Assembly: GCA_951406725.2 (NCBI GenBank)
Contig: OX597817.1
Coordinates: 141,670,001-141,734,000, forward strand
Origin: Octopus vulgaris
Taxonomy: Eukaryota
Reading direction: 5' to 3'
Length of the DNA: 64,000 nucleotides
Below the pieces are notes generated by a model. It saw only the letters and a program-made list of their open reading frames with translations, ran no database searches and was not told the origin of the DNA. The translations under genes were made by a program, and so were the position numbers. Positions 12,794 to 27,150 of the stretch are shown here, piece after piece. Within the stretch, counting starts at the first letter, position 1, and each line of letters begins with the position of its first letter.

Positions 12794-12794
12794 A

Positions 12795-12969
12795 TAGAGT
12801 CGCCATGATAGATCGGTAGCCACTACAGAATTTTTCTCTCTCCTTGTTTCTTTCTGTGTTCCTTTCTGAGGAAGAGCGTAGGCTCGAAACGTAAAAGACT
12901 TTTTCAATTCCCGTTTGTTTTCTACACCACCTGTCTTCGTCTTTTGCTTTTTTTACATGAATTCTCCCT

Positions 12970-12970
<1 letters not shown>
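12795..12970 (+). mobile_element. Short PLE-terminus element with hammerhead (second copy at ~37020-37215)
   Basis: Two related copies in the window; this one lies between (TG)n and (TA)n tracts. Confidence 0.75.
12862..12897 (+). ncRNA. Minimal type I hammerhead ribozyme
   Basis: CUUU-CUGAGGA-A-GAGC-guag-GCUC-GAAAC-GUA-AAAG: stems I and II perfect; stem III reduced to the palindrome ACGU. Confidence 0.8.
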
Positions 12971-13010
<40 letters not shown>

Positions 13011-13013
<3 letters not shown>

Positions 13014-13665
13014 GAGTTGGACAAAATAATGGAAACACCCATTATAGCAATATAATTTTGAAATATCTATAAAACTGTCAAAAGCATCTATATTTTTAGG
13101 TTCTTTGATATATTATTAGTGTTGCTTAATATGTTTTGCTAAAATTGCTTCTAAAATGGCAAATCTATCAAACTTTCAAAGAGGTCAAATTGTTGGTACT
13201 CATATGGCAGCCGTTTGCGTAAAGAAAACAGACAAAGTGATAGGTGTTTCAAGAAGTACTGTCTCGAAAGTAATGACAGCTTTTGAGAAAGAGGGAAAAG
13301 CCTCCTCGTCGAAACAAAACTTCGGAAGAGAGCCAAAACTTTAAGATAGGGACCATCGGACTCTTACGCAACTTGTAAGAAAGAATCACAAAAGTACAGC
13401 TCCCAAAATTACTGCAGAGCTTAATGACCACCTCAAGAACCTAGTTTCCACAAAAACTGTTTGACAGGAGCTGCACAAAGCCAGATTTTATGGGAGGGCT
13501 GCAATCATAAAACCACTACTTTCAAAAACAAACGTTGCAAAGTGCTTAGAGTCGAGTAACAACCTACAAAATTGACTTTAGAGCAGTGGAAGAATGTTAT
13601 TTTCTCGGACGAGTCATCCTTTACTTTATTTCCGACCCCCAGTTGAGTATACGTGCGGAGACAGT
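13011..13665 (+). mobile_element. Tc1-family transposon 5' half, decayed
   Basis: TA|cagg...ggacaaaataatggaaacacc TIR; MANLSNFQRGQIVG...GVSRSTVSKV HTH, then WKNVIFSDES. Confidence 0.88.
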
Positions 13666-13718
<53 letters not shown>

Positions 13719-13772
13719 CACAATGAATAATATCAGGGTAATCAAAATTATAGAAATTTTTACTACTAGTGG

Positions 13773-13840
13773 TCTTCTGAAGAAGACGGCCTCAGTAAAT
13801 TTATATTTTACTGAAATAAGTCAAAAACCATGGTCCGGGA
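13773..13840 (+). ncRNA. Degenerate hammerhead motif in a PLE-terminus fragment (~13718-13985)
   Basis: CUGAAGA-A-GAC...(hairpin ucaguaaa/uuuacuga)...GUC-AAAAAC-CAUG-GUC; palindromic stem III ACCAUGGU; G12 not conserved. Confidence 0.55.
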
Positions 13841-13985
13841 ATTGAATTAGATGGTAAATGTTTTTATTTTTCATTCCCTTCGAGAATTTATCCTTAATTA
13901 GTGGCTTGGACTTTAACTGTTCTTTCTAACGCAAGGCATTCCTATGATGGAAACCTCTTAATGTGTTTTAATGTACATGATATTT

Positions 13986-14074
<89 letters not shown>

Positions 14075-14085
14075 ATCTATCTATA

Positions 14086-14130
<45 letters not shown>

Positions 14131-14149
14131 ATCTATCTATCTATCTATC

Positions 14150-14183
<34 letters not shown>

Positions 14184-16329
14184 TATAGTCTTTAGCTTTT
14201 GAAGAAAAATAGTGTAAGGAAGCAACTTTTGCATAGTTAAAATACAAGTCATAGTAAAATATATTACAACAAAGACTATAATGAGAGGAATTATAGACGA
14301 CTAGTAATCTCCGTGTTTTTTTCTTTTAATAAGATATCTATATAATAAATATACAAGTTACTATTTGTAATAGTCAACAGGAATATTTGTAACAGATACC
14401 AGGAATATTGTATGAGACGGTTGTCTCATAATTTCATTCCGATGAATATAATTAAGATTGATTGATATAAAATAATTAGTGACGTGGGAGGTTAGAGTTC
14501 ACTAAATTAACGGTTCTTGTTAGATACCAGTAAACTAACAGCTTTTCAAGCATTGGTTTGTGAATACTTCAAAGAAAACCTATGTTGCTAGGAAGTGTCG
14601 ATAGTATTGACAATGATATCATCAACGCCAATTAAAACACCTTTTGCTCTTCATCTATAAAATTACATTACCAATGAAAGATTTGCGAATGTAATATTTT
14701 TGTCCTTAAACAGAGATTCAAGAAATGGTAGAAAACAGTCTCTTATGAGTTTTTGTCATCGCGTTAGGATTATTATGTGGTCCTTAATTAGAGTTGGCAT
14801 GTATCATATTCTATAACGAGGCCCATAATAATTCTTTGTACTATTGTTACAAGGCCTAAAATTTTGAGGACCATGGGGTCCGTCAATTACGTCTACCCCA
14901 AATATCAACTGGTACTTATTTTATCGATCCCAAAAGGACGTAAAGCAGGAGGAAATCCCTCGATGGATTTTGTCAGGGGTGCTAACGATTCTGCCAGCTC
15001 ACTGTTTTATCGTGACACATAAGCATCCTTCCTCAGGCACAAGGCTTAAAATGTTTGCGGGGAAGGGGATAAGACGATGCTATTGACCTCCACTCCCAGT
15101 GCTCAAGTGGCGCTGGTTTTATCGAAGCAGAAAGGATGAGAAATATATTTAATGCCTTCATTATTCTTGGTATGCTTATGTCGTTCATGCTCTGCATGCT
15201 GGTATAGAAGTTTCAAATATTTGTTTTTTGAGAGTTCTTTGCATTTTGGGTAATATCTAAAAAAAAACAAAGGCGGTGAGATGGCAGAAATGTTAGGACA
15301 CCAGGAAAATTCTTAGCACCATTTTGCCCGTCGTCACTTTCTGTGTTCAAATTCCACCGAGGTCGATTTTTCCTTTAATCCTTTTGCTGTCGATAAAGTA
15401 AGTACCAGTTAAGCACTAGCCTCCATGTACTTGACTTATCCCCTCCTGCAAAATTGTTGGCCTTGTGCCAAAATTTGAAATCGATATTTGGCAGCATCAA
15501 GTTCACGTATTTTGTCGTATAATTTTGTCGTATAATAAAAAAAAAGCTTTTAAGCAGGTTAACGTTATATTTTATTGATATAAGAAAGCATTGTTACTGT
15601 GATGTGGGAAGGAAATTTACCGAACGAATTTTTCAATCTCGCCATCATTCTGTAGAGAAGCATTTCACCTATTCACCAGTGAATTTAATTTAATCCATGG
15701 CTACATGACTAATAGCATCTACACACAATGCAATTTACTTAGAAACTAGAGTGGGTGAAATCCTAAAGATATCCTTTGGCGTTTTCTCCTAAATAAATAA
15801 GAATATGAAATTATTTCCATAATCGAATTATGCCAGTCACATGTTTACTTTGTAGGAAAGAACGAAATATTCCAGTCACATTTTATCTTGTTTTTTTTTT
15901 TTTATGTCAGTGTGTAACTGAAAATTTCATTAATTAATATGTTTATTTACCAGAGCCATAGAGCTGCTTGTTTTCCGTTCTATTTTCCCCCATCACTCGG
16001 AATAATACAAATTTCCTGTAAACAAAACATAACAAAACGATATAAAAATACGCCAGTTTAAAGAAACGCATGCCGCTAATGTAATTAGCATATGAAGTAA
16101 AGGTTTTAAACCTTTCATGGCTACATAACTGCTCTTCGGTAACTTTAAGAATATCATATGCTGGATTGCTCGGTTTACAATGGTTTAGTACATTGGAATA
16201 TACCGTAGGGTTTATACAGAAAAATACCTATTGTTGTCAACAGTAATATATTTCTAGTTATTAGGCAGAGTATCATTTACATGCAGATTGTCTCTCAGCG
16301 AAAAATGACAGCGATATATAGTAAGCGGT

Positions 16330-16560
16330 AAGGCGGCAAGCTGGCAGAATCGTTAGCACGCCGGGCGAAATGCGTAGCCGTATTTCGTCTGCCGCTACGT
16401 TCTGAGTTCAAATTCCGCCGAGGTCGACTTTGCCTTTCATCCTTTCGGGGTCGATAAATTAAGTACCAATTACGCACTGGGGTCGATGTAATCGACTTAA
16501 TCCGTTTGTCTGTCCTTGTTTGTTCCCTCTGTGTTTAGCCCCTTGTGGGTAGTAAAGAAA
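16330..16560 (+). mobile_element. SINE family B with TSD atagtaagcggt
   Basis: Direct repeat at 16318-16329 and 16566-16577. Further family-B copies near 14830, 15270, 16790(-), 18769, 26925, 27917, 28160, 29650, 29925, 32170(-), 43310(-), 55838, 57622, 58005(-). Confidence 0.9.
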
Positions 16561-17274
16561 ACTACATAGTAAGCGGTTAAATATTTTACAATCCCATTTT
16601 GTATACTTATGGCTAAATATATACGCGGGCGCATGATTGGCTGTGTGGTTAACAGGTTGATTTGCAAGCCCATGACTTCAGGTTCAGTCCCATTGCGTAG
16701 TAACTTGAGAAAATGACTTTTCTGAGGCAATTTGTTATTTCGGAAACTGTGCGTAAGGCCTGTATATATGTAATCTTCTGTTTTTAATTATTTTCTACTC
16801 TAGGCACAAGATCTGAAATTTTGGGGGAGGTGTCCAGTTGATTAGCTCGGCCTCAGTACGCAACTGGAACTTAATTTATCGAGCCCGAAAGGATGAGAGG
16901 CAAAGTCGACCTTGGTGGAATTTGAACTCAGAATATAAAAACAGACGAAATACCTATTTCTTTACTGCCCACTAAGCATTTCGCCCGGCGGGCTAACGTT
17001 TCTGCCAGCTCGCCGCCTTCACGGCGACTATTTTGCAGCACTCTCTTCAAAGTTTTGGTCGAGCAAATCTACCGCATTACTTATTCCTTGTTGATAGCCT
17101 GGGGGTTACTTGCAGTTCGTCAAAAGAGAACGATAGAATATATTCCATCGTTCTTTTTCGACGAACTGCAAATAACCCATCCTCACATATACACATAAAT
17201 AACACACACGCACACCGATGTATATGTATGTATGTATATATGTATGTATGTATGTATATATGTATGTATGTATG

Positions 17275-17350
<76 letters not shown>

Positions 17351-17635
17351 TTCATACACACACATGCACACATACACGCATATAACGTAGCAAAGGTGAG
17401 CGGATAAAGGAACACTGGCAAATAAATAAATAAAAAAAATTAATTAACTAGTGCCACAAGTACACTCATAAATAACACATAGACACACATACATACACAC
17501 GCACACATATATACACATATGCATGATATGTGTGTGCGTGCGTGCTTGTGTGTGTGTGTGTGTATGCATGCGTACATACACACACATGCACACATGAATA
17601 TATTTATGCCAAAAATGATAGGTGCACTTGATTTT

Positions 17636-17950
17636 ATAATAATAATAATAATAAATATTGTGTACAGTGCTCAGGTGCACTACAACTCATCGAAAGTGTA
17701 TATATAATCAGGTGTAGTTTCGACGGATTTCGGAAAGCATGAGGGCCTTAAAGGATGCAGTGTCATGGCAGTCAACAACTGACGCAGGCAGTTTATTCCA
17801 TGCTTCAGCAACTCTGAGTGTGAAGAAATGTTTCCGAAAGTCATGGGAGCTGTGTTGTTTTCTGACTTTGTAGGCATGTTCACGTGTGTTAGACACATGG
17901 AGATCAAAATGGTGTTCAGTGTTGTTATTGGTGAGGTGGTTGACAACTTT
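17636..17950 (-). mobile_element. CR1 LINE 3' end with (ATT)n tail
   Basis: NTREHAYKVRKQ...FRKHFFTLRVAEAWNKLPASVV...SFK is the CR1 ORF2 C-terminus. Confidence 0.85.
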
Positions 17951-18184
17951 TTTGAGCAAGTGCCTCACTAACACTTTGGATAAGCTTCGATGTTTAGGAA
18001 AAGAAACCAACCAACTAGCTCGCACATTACAGTATATTCTGTAAGTGAAACAATAAAAATATACAAGACTTTAAAATGATATATTGGTTTCGTTATATAT
18101 ATTCCATTCACGGATCTTTGCATCTTTGGTGGAAACCCAGCTCCTTTCGCAGAGGAAGAATTTAAGTAATTACAAACGGAAGAA

Positions 18185-18585
18185 AAGGCGGCGAGCGGGC
18201 AGATAAGTTTACATGCCGGGCGAAATGCGTAGCCGTATTTCGTCTGTCGTTACTTTCTGAGTTCAAATTCCGCCGAGGTCGATTTGCCTTTCATCCTTTT
18301 GGAGTCTATAAATTAAGTACCAGTTACGCACTGGGGTCGATATAATCGACTTAACCCATTTGTCTGTCCTTGTTTGTCCTCTCTGTGTTTAGGCCCTTGT
18401 GGGTAGTAAAGAAATAGGTATTTCGTCTGATTTTACGTTCTGAACTCAAATTCCAACAAGGTCGACTTTGCCTTTCATTCGTTCGGTGTCCATAAATTAA
18501 GTACCAGTTGCGTACTGGGGTCGATCTAATCGACTCGTTCCCTTCGCCAAAATTTCGGGCCTTGTGCCTTGAGTAGATAAGACTA
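18185..18585 (+). mobile_element. SINE family B, dimeric form
   Basis: A second unit restarts at gtatttcgtctg after the first tail. Confidence 0.85.
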
Positions 18586-19847
18586 TGGTCGCCGTCCAAT
18601 TACTGAAAAGAATAAAAAATCAGAAAGTCATAACACTATGGTTGAATTATTCCCACATTCTTGAGGTTAATTAAAAGAAACTTCACACTAGATGTAGAAT
18701 AAATGAATAAAGAGTAGTATGAACTCGATCGGATGGACAATATAATGTTACTGGTACTATTACTGGTAAAGGCGCCGAGCTGGCAGAAACGTTAGCACGC
18801 CGGGCGAAATGCGTAACCGTACTTTGTCTGCCGCTACGTTCTGAGTTCGAATTCCGCCGAGGTTGACTTTGCCTTTCATCCTTTCGGGGTCGATAAATCA
18901 AGTACCAGTTATGCACTGGAGTCGATGTAATCGACTTAATCCGTTTGTCTGTCCTTTTTTGTCCTCTCTGTGTTTAGCCCCCTGTGGGTAGTAAAGAAAT
19001 ATATAATATTACTGGTACTAATATCGTGTTTTCTGTAAACCTGATCCTCTGTATTAGACAATATGAATAAAATACAGCGTTTAAGGTCTATTTTCTCTTG
19101 TTCCCCATGTCACAGTATTTGAGTTCGGAATTATGATATATATAACGCTACGTTTGTTCCTCTTGTATAAAGTTTCCAGACATTATTTCATTTTCAGCAG
19201 CTGATCTTTGAATATATTTATATATTTTTATCCTACTTTAATCCTTTTTGCGGTAATTATGAGAATGAACTTGATTGCACATTACACTTAAAGCTATTTC
19301 TCACCACGTACATCACAAATGTCTGTGCAAAACAAGGAGACATTAAACAACTCTAGTTCTGCCATTTTATTTCTTAACTAAGAGATTTACATAGCTCCTT
19401 ATTACTGTAATTTAATATAGTTATAAGCCGAAGACAACTTTGTTTCTTTGAATCAACCTTTAATATGGCCGACCTCTCTAATTCCTTGATTTTATCTAAT
19501 TATATGTTCGTCTAAAAAGACACGCGAACAACACCATTATTTTACCACTTGACTGTTTCTTAGGAAGAATAACGAAAAGAAATACAAATTTAGTAACATT
19601 AAGAACGGATCGAAATACGGTCACCAGTATATCTTTTGTTTTCCTATGTTTCAGGCATTGAAGTGCGGCCATGCTAGGGCACAGCCTGGAACTGAAAGGG
19701 TTTCGTCGAACAAATCGTCCCCCGTACTTATATTTTACTAATGTATGGTACTTGAACCATCGGACTTTTATTCGCGAACTGCTAAGTTACGATTACGTAA
19801 ATAAACCGACTCGGGTTGCCAGGCAGTAATGGGGAACGAAGACAAAC

Positions 19848-19898
<51 letters not shown>

Positions 19899-20153
19899 AA
19901 CACACAGAGGTACATGTACTCAGATACACACACACATACACTGTGGTCATGCTGGAGCATCGTCTTTAGTCGAACAAATCGATCCTAGGACTTATTCTTT
20001 TGTAAGCTTTGTCATTTTACTATCGGTCACTTTTTGCCGAACCGCTGATTAACGGGGACGTAAACACACCAACATCGGTTGTCAAGCAATGGTAGGGGCG
20101 ACAAACACAGGCACAAATAACAAATACATACATACACACACACACACAAACAC

Positions 20154-20192
<39 letters not shown>

Positions 20193-20795
20193 AACAGATA
20201 AGTGGTACAAAAAGACACTAATATTTATAGGGCTTTATTTTACTGGAAAGTAATACATTTGTATTACAATATTATTTTATATATATATCACAGGCGTTCA
20301 CACAGTTTCCCCTGTATCAGTTTGTCTTACAACAGATAGGCCACCGTGAGGCTTTTGGCAAAAGACACTTCCCCAAGGTGCCCTTCAGTGGGAGTGAACT
20401 CAGAATTATGCTGTCGTAAAGCGAGCTTCGTAACCATATAGCGTCGCTTGCTCAACAGTTGGCAGTAATTTAATATAGCAGCATACAAAGACCACTGATT
20501 CGCAGAACCACAAGCGTCTGTAAATATACCAAATGGTATTTAATTTCGTCTCTTTTTCTGTAGGTTTTAATTTAAAACACAATTGAGGTAGACTTTAGGG
20601 TCCATCGTTCTCTGATCGTTAAAACGTTGTACCTGTTTAATACTGAGGTCGATAAACTCGTTTAGATGCCGCATCCTAAAACACTGACGCCGTGTCTGTG
20701 TTAAAAGAATCAATATTAAATTGTAGCAGGCATGCTAATGATGTTCAACTGTGCGAATAATGATGGTCATTGAAAGTTTTACTTGGAAAGGGATG

Positions 20796-20859
<64 letters not shown>

Positions 20860-21162
20860 TCGTGTATGTGTGTGTCGGTTTGTCTGCGTATCTGTGTGCA
20901 CATTGCTAGTGAATATTCGAGGGATAATCACAAGGCAGGCATGTTGATCATTTGCATGATATCTAAGAGAAACGAACACGATCGATCATTTGGAATGTGG
21001 TAAAAGAAACGCGTTAAGGAATGTAGGAGATTGTAAAATGTAAAAATGTAAATCCATTGCAGCCTACTTCATTTGTTACACCAACATCAGTATAGCGTAG
21101 CCAATAAATCAAATACACGAACGCATAAGAGAGAGAGAGAGAGAGAGAGAGAGTTAGAGAGG

Positions 21163-21196
<34 letters not shown>

Positions 21197-21895
21197 TATG
21201 AGGGTGAGGAGAAAACGAGATCACTCGTAGCAGATATCAAGGTGAAACTCCATTTTGTCTTCTCTTTATTGCGTTATGGTTGTATTATTTCTGAAGTGCT
21301 CTGAATGAAATCAAAGTACATCGCTGTTGCAACAAGTCATCACTACCAGTAACAATCACGTGTTCTTTCCAACTAATGTTAGCGTCCTTACACAGGAAGT
21401 GATTATACGGAGGGTTTTTTTTTGTCTTTAGGTGTCGTTATGTAATGAATGGCGCAGAGACCTTTTTAACGAGAAGTTGGATAACTTTCTACAGTATCTA
21501 TAATTCATGCGTGAGAGATATCATTACTAAACTAACTGTTCTAGTTCATTTAGGAACAATAATCAGAAAAAAACAAACGATGTTATCAAATGAGCATTGT
21601 GATTGAACTATCAGCCCAAAGCGATGCTACCGTGGCAGGTGAACTTCACATGCTAATGCGCCAAAAGTTTCCGAAGCCATGGTAACGTTTTTCTACATTC
21701 TTCTAAACGTATTTATCAATAAACGGCACTCGCCACATCCATCCGCATCATTAAGACTGTATAAGTGCTTATTTTTTTCTTTACAAACATTGACTTTTAA
21801 ATAAAAATCTTATCAGCAACAACAATCTGCTATTTTTCAGCGATTTACCTTCATACATACACATATATTCATCGTGCATGTACATACAGATACTA

Positions 21896-21985
<90 letters not shown>

Positions 21986-22042
21986 TGTGTGTGTGATGTG
22001 TGTGTAAGTATATATATATATGTATGTATATGTTCATATGTA

Positions 22043-22082
<40 letters not shown>

Positions 22083-22184
22083 GGAGTAAACACATAAATG
22101 TGAAACAAGGTGGAAAAAAGAGTACTCAAGTACCAGTGGTAGAGTAATATGCTTTATTTAAAGCAGCAGAAAATTCAACAAAAC

Positions 22185-22222
22185 CTGTTACTCTGAGTTT
22201 CACGTTCCCGTTCGTCGGACAG
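22185..22222 (-). ncRNA. Minimal type I hammerhead (U4C variant) in a PLE-terminus fragment (~22081-22262)
   Basis: Minus strand: CUGU-CCGACGA-ACG-ggaa-CGU-GAAAC-UCAGA-GUA-ACAG; all three stems pair. Confidence 0.8.
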
Positions 22223-22345
22223 TTTTTGCTAGAATAGAACCGATATGTCAATTCTATCCTGTCTTAAAACGTCTTGCTTTGTGTCTGGTGGGATTGGAAA
22301 GGAATTCTGTACTATGAGTTTCTCTCAAGTAACCAGGCATATATA

Positions 22346-23561
22346 TTGGGTTCTCCGTAAAGTTTGTACCGATTTATAGTAGCTTACCTTTCGACTTACA
22401 TGGGTGAGTCCGTAAAATAGGATTTGACTACACCTCCATTTAGAGCACAGTTTAAGCTATCTTTTCGTGGAAGAAGGTTTATGTTCCTATAACCTGTACT
22501 AATTCTGTAACCCTTTAAAACGGGAGATAAGAAAGTACATTTTTGGCACTTGATGCTTTTCTTTTTCCGTAAAGGGAAAAATGCCTTACAAGCAACCAAA
22601 GAAATATGCGCAGTTTACGGTGATGTTTCTTTATCCGAAAGAACTGTACGGAAGTGATTCTCAAGGTTCCGAGCTGGAAATTGTAGCCTTATTGATAAAA
22701 AGCGATCAGACAGACCATCCACTACAGATGATGACCAAATCAAGTCATTAACTGAGAATAACCCACATTGCACAACCCAAGAATTGGCAGAAAGCCTCAA
22801 CCTATCAAGATCCGTCGTTCATGAGCACCTGGTAAAGTTTGGGTACACAAATCGCTACGATGTTTGGGTACCACATGAGTTGAGTGAGAAGTACCTATTG
22901 AATCGCATTTCCATCCGACTCGCTTTATAAACGGAATGAAAACGCACTTTTCTAAAAGCAAATTGTGACAGGTGATGAGAAATGTTCAGAGAAAGTGAAC
23001 CTGGAGTAAGCGGGTCTTCACCCTTAAAATGTCTTGCTTTGTGTCTGGTGGGATTGGAAAGGAATTCTGTACTATGAGCTTCTCTCAAGTAACCAGGCAA
23101 TTAATTCTGAGAAATACAGCACACAACTGGATGAGTTAAAAGGAGCAATTCAAGAGAAACGTTCAAAATTGGCCAACAGGAAGGGTGTTCGTTTCCAACA
23201 TGATAATCAAGACCGCACGTTTCTTTGGAAACCAGACAAAAATTGCTGCAGCTCGGCCGGGATGTGTTACCCCACCCTCCATATTCACCAGATATTGCTC
23301 CTTCCGATTTCAGGTCTCTGCAGAATAGTCTTAATTGTAAAAATTTCAATTCCTTGGGTGACGTGGCAAGATACATTGATGAATTATTTGCCATGAAACC
23401 ACCTCAATTCTGGGAAGAGGGTATTTTCAAGTAAAAGGAAAGATGGAGACGCATTGCGCAACAAAATGGTTCATATTTGGCTGATTAAAAATGTAATGGC
23501 AAGTATTTATTGACCTTTTACTTTCTTTTATAAAACGGCACGAACTTTCCGAACAACTCAA
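22346..23561 (+). mobile_element. Near full-length mariner transposon with pseudogenised transposase
   Basis: TA-flanked TIRs ttgggttctccgtaaagttt / aactttccgaacaactcaa; motifs WVPHEL, IVTGDEK, HDN, HPPYSPDIAPSDF; stops, frameshifts and an internal deletion. Confidence 0.92.
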
Positions 23562-23667
23562 TATACATACATACATACATACATACATACATACATACAT
23601 ACACACATACATACATGCATACATACATACATACATACATACATACATCCATTTATACATACATACA

Positions 23668-23700
<33 letters not shown>

Positions 23701-25242
23701 GAGGCTCATTTTAAGACATTAAAATGGACGTGTATTGCGCACGATCTTTCACGGTTTTGTCTGTTTGCAGACATTTGTCACAGAATAAAAATGACAGCCC
23801 CAACCAAAGACTGATTTCAGAGCAACCCGCACTACTGGTTGGGCAGAAGAAAACTATTCTCAAACCGGAACCACACCTGTATGCTTGCAAAAGAACGCTC
23901 ACCACTTGAGGAAAGACACGATCTGTGTGTGTGATGTTAAACAAGGAGACGAATAGAGCTTATAACCGAAAAATATAAATGGTCATTCCAACTGGTCTCC
24001 ATAGGCTTTTCGACAGTGGAATATGAAAAAGAATATGTTTGACTGTACAGTAGTTTCGAAACCCATACTATATACATGCGAGCCGAACTTAAGCTGGAAA
24101 TAATTGCTACTACCACTTTAAAGTTATATACATCAAGTATTCTCTCAACACAATTATCCAATAGATATAGCTCTATAGAAAATATACGCGTCTTACTTAT
24201 CTTTGTTGGAGCGGTAAATAAGAATGTATCTAGTCTTGCCGTATTTACTTTCTTCGCTTTTTGTCTGGGGTACAGATGCACTAAAACCAACTTAATTTCC
24301 TCTTTGTGAATCGATGAAATAAATGCTTCTAAGATCCTGGGGTCACGACTTTATAAATGTAATCAACCGTTCTCTACTCCATATATGTAGACTTTTTACC
24401 GAAGTAATTCTTAATAATCGATATTAAGACGTACAGCGTGTTCCTAGAAATCAAGTTGACAGCAAGATGTGAAGTTATATTAAATATGGAGCGTTGATAA
24501 TTATGTATAAATTGATATTTGCAAGTTAAACAGATATTCCCACAGCAACTGAAATTAATTTAAAGGTACCATTTTTATGAGAATAAGATTCACCTGACAC
24601 GCGAGAAACACGTAAAAAATGACGCGGTCGTATATATTAATACATTTCCCTTTACATTTATATTTCTTGATACACAATATATGTACACATACGTATGTAT
24701 ATACATACATATAGTATATGATATATATGTATATATATGAATATATATATGTATATATGTGTGTAAATAAGTACATATACATGTATATACATACATTCCC
24801 CCCATCCTTCTCTAATTCTCATTTTCTCTCTTTCACCGTCTCCTATCTGTCTCTCTCTCCCTCTTACACTTTCTCTCTCTCTCGTTGCTCACATGCAAGC
24901 ATCGTCCATCTTTCTTTTCCTCACATGCCCATCTTTCCATTTATTCGCAACGTTCTAAGGACTGGACGTCTTCTATTTCTCTTCTATCTTTTCTCTCATA
25001 TTGTGTGTGTATGTGTGTGTGTGTGTGTATGTGTGTTTGTTTGTACCGCATGCCATCGCTTGACAGTCGATATTGCTGTGTTTACGTCCCCTTAGGAAAC
25101 CGATAGAATAAGTACTAGGATTACAAAGAATAAGTCCTGGGGTCGATTTGTTCGGCTAAAGGCAGTGCTCCGGCATGGCCGCAGTCAAATGACTGAAACA
25201 AATAAAAGAATAAAAGAATATCTATATGTTTCAAATGTACAT

Positions 25243-25459
25243 AGGCGTGGGAGAGGCTGTGTGGTAAGTAGCTTGATAAACAACCACATGGTTCCGGATT
25301 CAGTCCCAATGCGTGGCATCATGGGCAAGTGTCTTCTACCATAGCCTCGGACCGACCAACGCCTTGTGGGTGGCGTTGATAGACGGAAACTGAGAGAAGC
25401 CCGTCGTATATATATATATATATATACACATTTATATATACATACACACACACAGATAC

Positions 25460-25491
<32 letters not shown>

Positions 25492-25620
25492 TTGTGTGTC
25501 TGTTCGGCAAAAGAGACCAATAGAATAAGTACTACGCTTACAAAAGTCCTAGGGTCGATCTGCTCGACTAAGGGCGATGCTCCAGCATGGCCGCAGTCAA
25601 ATGACTGAAACAAATAAAAG
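25243..25620 (+). mobile_element. SINE family A (preceded by a family-A 3' half at ~25040-25215)
   Basis: Similarity to 2424-2843. Other partial copies near 16625, 19640-20450(-), 31400-31800(-), 36090-36345(-), 49225, 60700, 63580. Confidence 0.85.
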
Positions 25621-25654
25621 AATATAGATAAATAGATACGCATATATATATATA

Positions 25655-26040
25655 TACTAGCAGTATCGCCCGGCGTTGCTCGGGTTTGTAAGGGAAATAA
25701 CTATAAAGCATTTTTAGAGAGTTATAGCCAAAAAATAGAAAAAACTGGAAAAAAAATTATGGTAAATTTTTTTTTTGAGAGTTAAAAAGGTCGAGTTGCG
25801 TCCCCTAGACAGTCTGTGGTTTGTGTTTCTGATTCTCGACCCCATGTCGAATTTATCGATTTTTTTCAGAACTGGGGGTAACTTTTCAAAATTTTCGCTG
25901 CGTTAGTTTTGAATTATGACATTGGGCTATGTGTGTGTCAAGTTTCATCAGAATCGGTTGAAAGCCGTGGTCAGGGTGAGGGTACAACCAAACAGACACA
26001 CAGACACACAGACAGACAAACTGCCGTTTATATATAGAGA
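25655..26040 (+). mobile_element. Non-autonomous Helitron-like element
   Basis: Starts tactagc...cccggcgttgctcggg (terminal hairpin), contains aagtttcatcagaatcgg and a (CAGA/CA)n tract before ...tttatatataga, an architecture like Lep1-type non-autonomous Helitrons. Confidence 0.6.
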
Positions 26041-26053
26041 GATATATATGTAT

Positions 26054-26090
<37 letters not shown>

Positions 26091-26805
26091 GGGAGAGAGA
26101 GAGAGAGAGATGGAGAGATGCACATAAGTTTATGTAGAAGTATCTTTTTAAATATCCAATTCTCTCTCTATATACACATACACACTATGCAGCAGCAGCA
26201 GCAGCAGCAGTTTGAAGAAGGCCAATAGTGAATAGCGATATTTAAGTGTGAAAAGATTTGGCCATACAATATTTCTCCAGTTGAAGTAAGACTATTTACA
26301 TAGCGAACGGAGATGATTCGATTAACGACTCAAGCTGACTACCATACATTTTCCCACAACATAAGAACATTCGTAAGCAAATAAAAGCAAATAAATGTTA
26401 TCCTAAGCGGAATAACCTCTTGCTACTGGAGATTTACGATTATCCAGGTGACAGTAAACCACATGTATTATATTTATTCATGACAAATTTGCGATTAAAT
26501 GGCGTCCATATTATATTGACAACTTTATACATGCATAGTTCACGGTGTAAGCTGATATTTCCAACGGATTCTTCTATGTGTTGCCAGCCTCCTCAGATTT
26601 CTCTTCGTTTATTTTTTGCCTCTATGACTACATAATATTCGTTTCCTACATTTGCTGACAATTTTTGCAAGAAACCATAAGCTACAGTACGTAACACGAT
26701 ACATAATCACTAACGTTATTTAAATTGAAATATTCGAAACAGACAAACCTTGCCTCTAAATCATATTCTTGTAGAACCTAGCGCCACCACCATTATCATC
26801 ATCTA

Positions 26806-26870
<65 letters not shown>

Positions 26871-27150
26871 CATCATTGCTATTATTATTTTTATTATTAT
26901 TATCATTATTTTTATTATTATTTAAGGCAGCGAGTTAGTAGAAGCGTTAGTACGCCGGGCGAAATGGTTAGCAGTATTTCTTCTGTCTTTACGTTCTGAT
27001 TTCAAATTCCGCCGAGGTCCACATTGCCTTTTATCCCTTGAGAGTCGATAAATTTAGTACCAGTTGCGTACTGGAGTCGACTCGCCCCCTTCTCCAAAAT
27101 TTCAGGCCATGTGCTTAGAGTACAAAAGATTATTAATATAATTATTATTA

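Noticed and set aside
20990-21010. miR-1-like start tggaatgt
   Set aside because: Only the seed matches and there is no complementary arm.
23724-23944. Possible exon after ttttgtctgtttgcag
   Set aside because: No recognisable protein or partner exons; more likely non-coding unique DNA.
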